Source: a virus | Taxonomy: Duplodnaviria > Caudoviricetes | Strand: one strand, 5' to 3' | Length of the DNA stretch: 64,000 nt | Virus record (IMG/VR): IMGVR_UViG_2687453341_000008 | Part shown: in pieces, positions 37,100-45,057 of the stretch | Numbering within the stretch: the first letter of the stretch is position 1 | Layout: each line of letters starts with the position of its first letter | The notes under the pieces: generated by a model | Databases searched by the model: none | Told to the model about the DNA's origin: nothing | The model's input: only the letters and a program-made list of their open reading frames with translations | Position numbers and translations under genes: made by a program

Positions 37100-39160
37100 A
37101 TGCCCTTTCAGAGTTTCGATTACGCAAACTACATCAAGCAGAACCCACTTTCAGCAAATTCCCGGTTCTTACCGCTTTTTGAGGCAATCGAGAACGCGTT
37201 CAATGCCATCGAAGAAAGGTATCGACTGACGGGCAAAGAGTCTGGTGGTCTTGTAACCATCACAATAGTTCGAGAGGCGGTTCAGCCTGTACTCAAGCTT
37301 GAAGAAACAAAAATCTCGCCGCCCCCGATAATAGGTTTCCAGATAAAAGACAACGGAATTGGCTTCCGGGAAGCAAACTGGCGAGCATTCAAAGAAGTCT
37401 ACACGACACACAAGCTCTCTTTTGGCGGCAAGGGCGTCGGCAGACTCACGTATCTTCTAGCATTTCAAGAAGCGAGCGTTGAAAGTTACTTCGCCGAAGG
37501 AGACAAAAAGTACGCTAGGTCATTCAGTATCGAACCTACGCGCAGTGGGCCGACGGAGAGTTTGCTGAAAGAAGTGGAGTCAACAGACGAATTTACTATT
37601 GTGAGTCTGAACCAGATGAGGCCAATGCTACGCGAGAAGTGCCCAAAAAACATTTCTGCCGTTGCAAATCAGATCGCTCTTCATTTCTTCAAACGTCTTT
37701 CCATTTCAGGAGGCATTAGATGCGAACTGCACGACGCATTCGATGGTCAAATTATTGACCTTCACACGTTTTTCCGAGAAGAAATGCTGCTTTCAGACAA
37801 AAGAAGCCGTTTCACACTTCGCAACGAAGAATTCGTTGTCACTCAAACTAAATGCAAGACAAAGGCGGCGAACCGCCATCAAATAATGTTGTGTGCAAAC
37901 GGAAGAGTAGTTTCCACGCACGCCGTACCTGCCGGCTTCATCCAGTCAAAAGCAAAGCTTGATGATGGCAATGATCAGTTCTTCTACGTGGCACTTGTGG
38001 AGTCTCAGTTGCTCGACAGCAATTGTAGCAACGACAGAACGCGTTTCCTTCTTGATGAGGAGGACGACGACGTCAATTCACCGAGCCTTCTTGAGTCATC
38101 GACACCTTCAATCAGCTCCATTCTCACCGAAGTGGGAAAGCTCTGCAAAAAATTCCTACGCAAGGAGGTTGCGCCGCTAGAGGTAATTCACCAACGTCGA
38201 ATCGAGGAGCTCTGCCGAAGCAATATGAATTTCAAACCACTCTTGAAGCAGAAACAAAAAGAACTATTCGAGCTTCCATACGATTTGTCTGATTCCGAAT
38301 TAGAGAAGTCTGTTTGGAGAATCTATTCACAATGGAAATACGAGATCCGAACGCGATTTTCTTCGATGACTAAGTCTGTTCGCGACAACAACAACAAATG
38401 GATGGAGTACCGCGATAGGTATCGGTCGACACTCCATGAACTTAGCCAAATGGCGATGCACGATCTAGCCGTGTATGTAACTGATCGTCGGGCTGTTCTT
38501 GACTTTCTTTGGGATCGTCTGAAGGCAACCGAAGACGGAAAATTTCGTGATGAAGCAGCGATACATGACATCTTCTTTCCGAGAAACACTGATTCGAATG
38601 ACATCGCATGGGACGAGTCGAATCTATGGATAATTGACGAGAGATTGCTTTTTCAACAATACACTGCATCTGACTTGAACTGGAAAAAGGTCGGACTCGA
38701 TGGAGTCGACTCGAACGACCGACCAGACGTATGTAGTAGTTACGATCGAGTCTTTGATGATACATTTGCCTTCACTGAAGGGTCGCAGCCCTATTCCTCC
38801 GCAACACTCGTTGAATTCAAGAGACCAGAACGAGAGTCTTACACCGAGCTCGAAAACCCCTACGCGCAGGTTGTGAGGTATATCAATCAAATCCGAAAGG
38901 CAGGATCCATTACGAAAGACGGTCACACGTTTCGAATGGACAAGAGCCAGCCAATTCACGCTTACGTCGTCTGTCATCTTGTCGAGAAACTTCTAGAACA
39001 CTTAAACGCAGTCGACTTTACTGAGTCGGCCGATGGACAAGGGTTTGTAGTTCACCTACCAAAGCTAAATGCAATTATCTACTTTGCCACATTTGAAAAG
39101 TTGATCGCTGACGCAAGGAAGCGAAATCGCGCCTTCTTCGATAAGTTGGGACTGGAGTAA
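37100..39160 (+). CDS. GHKL (HATPase_c) ATPase fused to a C-terminal PD-(D/E)xK nuclease; probable defence protein
   Basis: EAIENA, DNGIGF, GGKGVGR; E..IHD, RPD...VEFKRP...QV..Y; only plus-strand gene in the element; TGcTAAAAT extended -10 at 37009-37017. Confidence 0.8.
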   Translation: MPFQSFDYANYIKQNPLSANSRFLPLFEAIENAFNAIEERYRLTGKESGGLVTITIVREAVQPVLKLEETKISPPPIIGFQIKDNGIGFREANWRAFKEVYTTHKLSFGGKGVGRLTYLLAFQEASVESYFAEGDKKYARSFSIEPTRSGPTESLLKEVESTDEFTIVSLNQMRPMLREKCPKNISAVANQIALHFFKRLSISGGIRCELHDAFDGQIIDLHTFFREEMLLSDKRSRFTLRNEEFVVTQTKCKTKAANRHQIMLCANGRVVSTHAVPAGFIQSKAKLDDGNDQFFYVALVESQLLDSNCSNDRTRFLLDEEDDDVNSPSLLESSTPSISSILTEVGKLCKKFLRKEVAPLEVIHQRRIEELCRSNMNFKPLLKQKQKELFELPYDLSDSELEKSVWRIYSQWKYEIRTRFSSMTKSVRDNNNKWMEYRDRYRSTLHELSQMAMHDLAVYVTDRRAVLDFLWDRLKATEDGKFRDEAAIHDIFFPRNTDSNDIAWDESNLWIIDERLLFQQYTASDLNWKKVGLDGVDSNDRPDVCSSYDRVFDDTFAFTEGSQPYSSATLVEFKRPERESYTELENPYAQVVRYINQIRKAGSITKDGHTFRMDKSQPIHAYVVCHLVEKLLEHLNAVDFTESADGQGFVVHLPKLNAIIYFATFEKLIADARKRNRAFFDKLGLE

Positions 39161-39349
39161 GCCACCGTCGGCGTATGGCAGAGGTATTTGGCGATGTAGC
39201 AAATTTGCGGTACCGCAATGCCAAAGGTAACCACACCCGCTTGTCCCGACCGAGCCCCACTTCAACCGATAGTTGACCAGCAACCCGCCGAGTTCGTCCT
39301 TGTGCACTACTGGCGTGTAATCGTTAGTTCCATCATCAATCTGCAACCG

Positions 39350-40111
39350 CTAGACGGTTACTGATTCACCTTGGATGAAGGCGAGCATCTCAGTTCCCTC
39401 AGCATAGCTCAAGCGAGCGAGCGACTTTTCGAATCGAGCGATTGCCTTTTCACGGGTCACGAAGCACTCGATGGCCATCATCGCGTCGTAGTGTTTCTTC
39501 CAAGACTTAAGGCGAGCTCTGTTGGCGCTGCCGGTGGACTTGACGGCACGTCGAACAGGCTTGCTTTCGCCTTCGAGAAGTTCTTTGAGCTGGCGTCGTG
39601 CGTAGTACGCGAACGCTGCGTCCTTCCCAACCTTCTCACCGGCTTCGCGAGGCGAAAGTCCTTGAGCAAGGTACTCGATCACTTGGAACTCATCGTCCCC
39701 AAGTTGGGCTGCGACAGCCATCACACCGGAGAGGTTCTCGCGACCAATCATGATTTCCACTGCAGTCCGATCATCGCAACCAACATCAAAACCTTCCCCG
39801 ATCGCCGAGGTTCGGTCGGCCGAACGACGGAGCGACTTCACGTACTCGACTTGCTTGTAAACGTTGTTGCGGCAAACGCAGAACAACCAGGCCTTGAAGC
39901 CGTTCCACTCATCGAAGTCGGTCGTCGCCACGCCAGTCGCGACTTGCATCAGCACTTCCTGCAGGACGTCTTCGGCATCGATCCGAGCGGAGTACTTGGT
40001 ACCGAGAAAATGACTGATGATCGTCTTGCATTCGGAACTGATGCTGACGAGCAGGCTGCTGATAGCGAATTGGGAACCATTCTTTGCGGACACGAGCAAT
40101 TCCATCGACAT
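39350..40111 (-). CDS. ECF-type sigma factor (Planctomycete-subfamily-like), paralog B, with ~70-aa C-terminal extension
   Basis: ELLVSAKNGS, RIDAEDVLQE, FKAWL..VCRN, region-4 GLSPREAGEKVG. Confidence 0.8.
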   Translation of the reverse strand: MSMELLVSAKNGSQFAISSLLVSISSECKTIISHFLGTKYSARIDAEDVLQEVLMQVATGVATTDFDEWNGFKAWLFCVCRNNVYKQVEYVKSLRRSADRTSAIGEGFDVGCDDRTAVEIMIGRENLSGVMAVAAQLGDDEFQVIEYLAQGLSPREAGEKVGKDAAFAYYARRQLKELLEGESKPVRRAVKSTGSANRARLKSWKKHYDAMMAIECFVTREKAIARFEKSLARLSYAEGTEMLAFIQGESVTV

Positions 40112-40171
40112 ATTACAAACTCCAGAGTGGGTTAATTAAGAGTCGCGAATCAACGTTCGCGTGTATATATT

Positions 40172-40201
40172 ATTATACGCAAATAGACGTCTAATTGTCT
40201 A
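40172..40201 (-). promoter_or_regulatory. sigma70-type promoter of sigma B with a palindromic operator in the spacer
   Basis: TAGACA-N18-TATAAT; TAGACGTCTA palindrome at 40184-40193; AT-rich intergenic region. Confidence 0.7.
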
Positions 40202-40301
40202 GTTAAATAGGCGTGTTTTTGTGCTTTTGTTTGAGCTTTCTTTGATGTTGTTTCGTGTATATCGCTCATGGCTGAGTTTTATATACAGCTCTTGAAGGCA
40301 C

Positions 40302-40335
40302 AAAAGAAAAAAGGCTTCATGCAATATGAAGCCTT
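40302..40335 (-). terminator. Rho-independent terminator insulating sigma B
   Basis: AAGGCTTCAT/ATGAAGCCTT 10-bp stem followed by TTTTCTTTT on the minus strand. Confidence 0.75.
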
Positions 40336-40368
40336 CTTGGCAAGAGATTTATACAAACTGTTGTTAGA

Positions 40369-40584
40369 CTACGGCGTGTCTTCGCCGCTGTCATTCACTC
40401 GTCGACCTCTACCTGCTCGGATCGTCAATCGATCGCGAGATTTCTTCGGCAGCGTAGCGTTGCAACAATCGCCGATCCACTCGGAAAGCAACTTCCCCTG
40501 TTTGAACGCCTCCACTTCCCAAGCCTGCCACCAGTCCTCTGGCTGCGTGATGGTTTTCTTCGTCACTCGTCCCACCGACGACAT
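40369..40584 (-). CDS. Small ribbon-helix-helix-like DNA-binding protein
   Basis: KKTITQPEDWWQAW...A...G..LSEWI pattern. Confidence 0.6.
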   Translation of the reverse strand: MSSVGRVTKKTITQPEDWWQAWEVEAFKQGKLLSEWIGDCCNATLPKKSRDRLTIRAGRGRRVNDSGEDTP

Positions 40585-40592
40585 AGTCACCT

Positions 40593-41204
40593 CTACTTGA
40601 TCACTCGGAATGTTAGATTGATTCGTTCCCCGCGCACTGTCTCTTTGGGCACCTGGTGCTTCCAAAATCGTTGCATGGGAGCGCCCATCTTGAGCAAGTC
40701 TCCGTGCCCAAGACGAATGTTATACAGCGAATGCTCCGGTAATGTGACGTGCTTTATTTGGAAAGTCCGAGGCACGCCGAGGCTCAGAGAAAAGATAGTG
40801 GGTTCTTGCCCATCGTTTCCGCCCAGATCGCTATGCCACCCCAAGGAGTCCTGCCCACTCCGATAGTAATTGCACAGCACCGAGTTCGGACGGAATCCCG
40901 TCATAGAGCCAATACCGTCGGCCAGCTCACGTAGCGCGACGTGCCATTCATGCGTTTCCCAGTTCGAACCGGAGTAACTGTACTCTTTCCCTACGTCGCC
41001 ATAGAGACACGTCAGACGGGGCTGCTTGACCCACCGGCCGAACATGAACAAGTTCCGACACTCCCATCGCAGCTCGCTTTTGAGGACGTCGAAGATCGAC
41101 CGCCCGACGGACGGCTCCACCCAATTCCGCCAAAGAGCGATCTCACAATCAGGCAGGAAACCGAGGTCACCTGCCTCCAGAAAACGCACAGCCGTTTTAG
41201 GCAC
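40593..41204 (-). CDS. alkB: AlkB-family 2OG-Fe(II) dioxygenase (ALKBH2/3-like)
   Basis: QPRL, YSYSG, NYYR.G.DS.GWHSD, HQVPK, RINLTFR. Confidence 0.92.
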   Translation of the reverse strand: MPKTAVRFLEAGDLGFLPDCEIALWRNWVEPSVGRSIFDVLKSELRWECRNLFMFGRWVKQPRLTCLYGDVGKEYSYSGSNWETHEWHVALRELADGIGSMTGFRPNSVLCNYYRSGQDSLGWHSDLGGNDGQEPTIFSLSLGVPRTFQIKHVTLPEHSLYNIRLGHGDLLKMGAPMQRFWKHQVPKETVRGERINLTFRVIK

Positions 41205-41550
41205 AATCTAACCCTTCAGTAAGAAACTTTTCGACACCGTACTCATTGAGATCGATCATCCCAAACGGAGCTGCGTCGACGTGGAATTTCGTCGCGAGCT
41301 TTAAGGGAACAATCAGTTGGATCTCTTCGCTCATTCCCCCAGGCGACGAGGATCCGTCGCAAATGATCTTGCCGTCTTGGATTTCAACGACAGCATCCCA
41401 GCACAAGTATTCGCCGTCGTCACCGTTCGGACCGCAAATCAGAAGCCTTTCGTCAGCGTTCGAAGGATCAATTCGAGCCAGCGTTAATCCGCCATAGCAA
41501 TGATCGAGTTCGATCGCGACTTCATGCTGAAGGGTATAGGTCTTTGTCAT
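41197..41550 (-). CDS. Hypothetical protein
   Basis: Co-oriented with AGGA RBS. Confidence 0.55.
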   Translation of the reverse strand: MTKTYTLQHEVAIELDHCYGGLTLARIDPSNADERLLICGPNGDDGEYLCWDAVVEIQDGKIICDGSSSPGGMSEEIQLIVPLKLATKFHVDAAPFGMIDLNEYGVEKFLTEGLDCA

Positions 41551-41571
41551 CGGTATTATCCTGGTTTTCGA

Positions 41572-41856
41572 TCAGCTAACATGTAAACAAACCTGTTCAG
41601 GCCGTTTCTTGGCGACGATCGAGTGATGGCAACTCCGGTGCATAATGTCGATGTTCTCAGGAGAGTTGTTTCCCGCGTCATCATCATGATGCCGGATCAA
41701 AACAGAATCTCTCCATTGGTAGAACTCTTTGGGATCGATCGCCTCACCGCAATGTGAACATCGAACGCAGAACTTGCGAATGAAGAACTCCAAGAACTCG
41801 TTTCGCCTTCTCAACCTCACCGACATCGCGGTACTTCTGTTCAAAGCCTTCGCCAT
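41572..41856 (-). CDS. HNH endonuclease next to terminase
   Basis: CSHCG...HH.D...NN..EN....HRSCH. Confidence 0.75.
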   Translation of the reverse strand: MAKALNRSTAMSVRLRRRNEFLEFFIRKFCVRCSHCGEAIDPKEFYQWRDSVLIRHHDDDAGNNSPENIDIMHRSCHHSIVAKKRPEQVCLHVS

Positions 41857-41907
41857 TGCGACACCTTTCGCGGAGTGAACACATCCTATCCACAGGAACA
41901 GGCCGCG

Positions 41908-43584
41908 TTAGCGACTGTTTTTGACGTACCAATCGTTGTACTTGGTCGAACACTCGGCCGTATGCGAATGACAAACCTCACCCTCTGGCGCGAGCCGTTC
42001 GCATTCATGGCAGCAAAACCCAGCTTCGGTGAACGCCGGCCGATCGCAGGCCGGGTTCTGGCATTTGCCCTCCTTGAACCGAGGCTTGCCAGCCGCCTTG
42101 CTAGAAACGACCACCGACTGCGACTTGGCCGAAGGATTCACCAACTCCAGGTAGGCCCCAGCGAACGCATCCGACTGATCCTTGAACGGACCACTCGGGA
42201 ACACTTCCATCTCGTCGAACACTTCGGTAAGCCAAGGCCCTTCGATTGCGTAAACGTCCCCGTTCTCGATGGCGATCGAAAGGGGCTCGGCATGCACCTC
42301 CTTCGAGTCCTTCGCTCGTACTCCATAGACACGATGCCCACGAAGCCGATTGATCGTGATCTCGGCAACACGCTTCCCTGAGGAGGCCCCTTCAATTTCA
42401 AAACACGTCCACAGCTTCGAGAATCCAAACTCGATCTCGTCGAGCTTGACGTTCATCTCGATGGCAGCTTCGACATCACCGGCCGTCATCCGCTTGCGAA
42501 TCATGTGCAGCAGGTAGAACTTGCTTCCTTTCCGGCCGACCAAGGCCCCAGCCGTGTAAGCTCCATCCTCGACGCTGGCAGCCCGATCCCAGAACCGACA
42601 AACCGCGTCAAACTCAAACGGCGCTTCATCCCGTCGAATGATCTTGATGTTGGAGCACTTGAAGAACTCCCCGTCCTTTCTGATCGGACGCTGCCCCAAC
42701 TGGGCCGAACTGTTGGAAGCCCCGAGCGACCGTTCCAACTTCGTCACCTTCTTCTCATCGAGCAGTTGCGGGTAGAGCAGCTCCCCCTTCTCCGTCCGCC
42801 AGTCCCCTCCGAAGCCTCGGTCCTCCATCTTGTATTCGGGATCGTATCGCATCGGAAGCATGACCTGATGCCAAGGCTTTTCTTCGCCGGCTCTTTCCGC
42901 GAACTCATTCTCCCGCTCAAACATGCCGCACGGATCGTCCACGTGCACTCGCTGCATTCCAACGACATGCCGCACCCCTTTGGCCACGCCCCGGGTGGAA
43001 AGCGTGTCGCGGTACCAATCGTTGAACGCCTTCCGCTCGTTCGCGTTCTTCGACTTCTCTACCGACAACGGGTCGTCGATGATGACATACTTCGGGTGAT
43101 CCCCCGTCGCTCGCCCCGATCGCGTCGTGCTCAATCGCCAACCTCCAGCCGTGAGCCGGTAGAACGTCTTGGCATCGTGACCAAAGGCAACCTGAACCTT
43201 GTCACCCCACCGGTCGATATACCAAGGGTCCGCAATAAGCTCTCGGCATGCGACCGCATCCCGAACGGTCAAGTCTTGGTTGTACGTCACGCAGAGGAAC
43301 GTCGCATCCGGCTCAACCGTCCAAACCCAAGCCGGCCAAAGGACCGAGAGTAGCGTCGACTTGGTGCACCCAGGAGGCAGATTGACCATGAGTCGATCGA
43401 CCTTTCCGGCTTGAACAGCCTGGAGATGGTCACAAACAACCTGAATGTGATTACCCCAAACGAAGCCGGGGATAAGGATCTTCGCAGCATGTCGCACGAA
43501 CTCAGCAAACTCGAGCTCGCAATGACGGCGAATGATCTTATCCAGATTACTGAGCGAGCGACGAACGGTCACTTCGCCGCTCAT
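41908..43584 (-). CDS. terL: Terminase large subunit with C-terminal Cys/His extension
   Basis: NLPPGCTKS Walker A, IIDDP Walker B, MQRVH..D, RFWDRA and KDQSDA RNase H-like nuclease. Confidence 0.92.
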   Translation of the reverse strand: MSGEVTVRRSLSNLDKIIRRHCELEFAEFVRHAAKILIPGFVWGNHIQVVCDHLQAVQAGKVDRLMVNLPPGCTKSTLLSVLWPAWVWTVEPDATFLCVTYNQDLTVRDAVACRELIADPWYIDRWGDKVQVAFGHDAKTFYRLTAGGWRLSTTRSGRATGDHPKYVIIDDPLSVEKSKNANERKAFNDWYRDTLSTRGVAKGVRHVVGMQRVHVDDPCGMFERENEFAERAGEEKPWHQVMLPMRYDPEYKMEDRGFGGDWRTEKGELLYPQLLDEKKVTKLERSLGASNSSAQLGQRPIRKDGEFFKCSNIKIIRRDEAPFEFDAVCRFWDRAASVEDGAYTAGALVGRKGSKFYLLHMIRKRMTAGDVEAAIEMNVKLDEIEFGFSKLWTCFEIEGASSGKRVAEITINRLRGHRVYGVRAKDSKEVHAEPLSIAIENGDVYAIEGPWLTEVFDEMEVFPSGPFKDQSDAFAGAYLELVNPSAKSQSVVVSSKAAGKPRFKEGKCQNPACDRPAFTEAGFCCHECERLAPEGEVCHSHTAECSTKYNDWYVKNSR

Positions 43585-44077
43585 ACAATCCCCTCATGAC
43601 TTTCAGCTCATCGACCGTCGCCACCGAAAGCATCGAGTCGATATCGTCCACGCCTTGGTCCCTACCGACGTTGGCACTCGCGATCGCAACTCGGAACGGA
43701 ACGTCGAGCCCGAGCAACTGATCGATCCGCTTCTGCGCGTTGATCTTCGCACCGACCCCAACCTGAGGATCGGACAGCACACTCTTGTAGAAAGCCAACG
43801 ACGATGCCCGGTGTACGTCTCGCTCTTCACGAAGATCCTCAAGCTGGAGCAACCTCGCGCGAGCAAGATAGTTCTCGGCAGTCCGTGCACTGATCTGATA
43901 CTGAGCCTTGAGGGCGGCTTTGATCTCGGACTTCCTCATCCCCTCGACGAGCATCCGGTAGGTGAGCTCTACACGGTCCTCGTACTCATCGTCTGGAGTT
44001 CTTCCTGGGTTCTGGGGTGTCTCCGTACTTGTGGACAGTTCCCCGATAGCGATTAGATTCTCATCCTGGCTAACCAC
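43547..44077 (-). CDS. terS: Probable terminase small subunit (HTH)
   Basis: HTH (ISARTAENYL), KRIDQLLGLD; overlaps the terL start. Confidence 0.6.
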   Translation of the reverse strand: MVSQDENLIAIGELSTSTETPQNPGRTPDDEYEDRVELTYRMLVEGMRKSEIKAALKAQYQISARTAENYLARARLLQLEDLREERDVHRASSLAFYKSVLSDPQVGVGAKINAQKRIDQLLGLDVPFRVAIASANVGRDQGVDDIDSMLSVATVDELKVMRGLYERRSDRSSLAQ

Positions 44078-44109
44078 CCTTTACCGCCTCCTCCTACGTC
44101 TACCCCCGG

Positions 44110-44607
44110 CTATCGGTCAAACAGCAACAGTTGCTCGCTTTGTGGCCCCTCATCGGCCTTTCCGAAGTGCTGGACCGCGAATTGGAAGTTGCGGCATGTT
44201 AGGAACGATTTGCCCTTTGCGGGGAAAAGTCGTTTAGCCGCAGCACCGTCAAAACTTAACGCCTTCGCTCCCAGTATTTCAAACTCCATGCCGTTGTAGA
44301 GACGCTTCCGCACGGACTCCCCCTCGCAAGCCTCGAGCACCAAGTGGAAGTTGTTCTGGTACCGGTAGGGACGCGATACGCCGCATAGGTACAAGATCGC
44401 TCCTTGCAAGCAGGGAAGGTCTAGTTGGTCCCCGCCCTCGAGCTCCTTGTTGATCATCTTCTCGTAGGAGCCGACCAGGCACTTCGCGCAGTGCTGGGAA
44501 TCGTCGAAGCCGACCACCCACTTCCCCCAAAAGTAGGAGAACTGGCCCGACAAAGGTCGCCCACGCCCATCGTTTTCCAAAAGTCTGATTTGCATGTATT
44601 GCTTCAT
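44110..44607 (-). CDS. Unknown Cys/His protein, paralog of 47606..48169
   Basis: HCAKCL.G, YLCGV, NFHL, TCRNFQFA. Confidence 0.75.
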   Translation of the reverse strand: MKQYMQIRLLENDGRGRPLSGQFSYFWGKWVVGFDDSQHCAKCLVGSYEKMINKELEGGDQLDLPCLQGAILYLCGVSRPYRYQNNFHLVLEACEGESVRKRLYNGMEFEILGAKALSFDGAAAKRLFPAKGKSFLTCRNFQFAVQHFGKADEGPQSEQLLLFDR

Positions 44608-44614
44608 GTTGCTA

Positions 44615-44917
44615 CTAGGCCGATCGAATCTCGCGCTCTCGCTCTCGTTGCATCATTTCCCACGCTCGCAGCTTCTTGATCGCTGCCGACACAGTAGGAA
44701 TCCGCTTTAGGAGAACGTTTTGAAAATCCTTATCAATTTTGGTGCAAGCCGCCTCGAGAACGTGATCGTCCTCCAGAACGTTCGTAACCCAACTTTGAGG
44801 GTCGCCCGTCACCGCATCCGCTCGAACCGCGTCGATGATCTGCTCCATGAGCACCAGGTCGCGGCCCTGTGCGTTAAACGCTTCTACGAACTTCGCAATT
44901 TTCGCTTTGTTTGCCAT
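44615..44917 (-). CDS. Hypothetical helical protein
   Basis: AAGGGG RBS; degenerate promoter motif at 44966-44992. Confidence 0.6.
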   Translation of the reverse strand: MANKAKIAKFVEAFNAQGRDLVLMEQIIDAVRADAVTGDPQSWVTNVLEDDHVLEAACTKIDKDFQNVLLKRIPTVSAAIKKLRAWEMMQREREREIRSA

Positions 44918-45057
44918 CTGATAGCCCCTTGTCGTGAATGTGTCGTTTCTGCCAACACAAAAACAAGCCGTTTCGCGCACCAATTTGGACATCATTGGTG
45001 CACTTTTTCTGTTGTTTTTTTGGGGACTCAAAAGCAGGCTACCGCAGAGCCGGCTCG

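Noticed and set aside
39065-39346. ORF after sigma B as a gene disrupted by the GHKL cassette
   Set aside because: No recognisable motifs, weak start and no demonstrable other half; cannot be supported from sequence alone.
44613-44645. TCGGCCTAGT as a promoter copy
   Set aside because: No -35-like hexamer in register and only ~10 nt to the next ATG; counted only as a stop-codon overlap.
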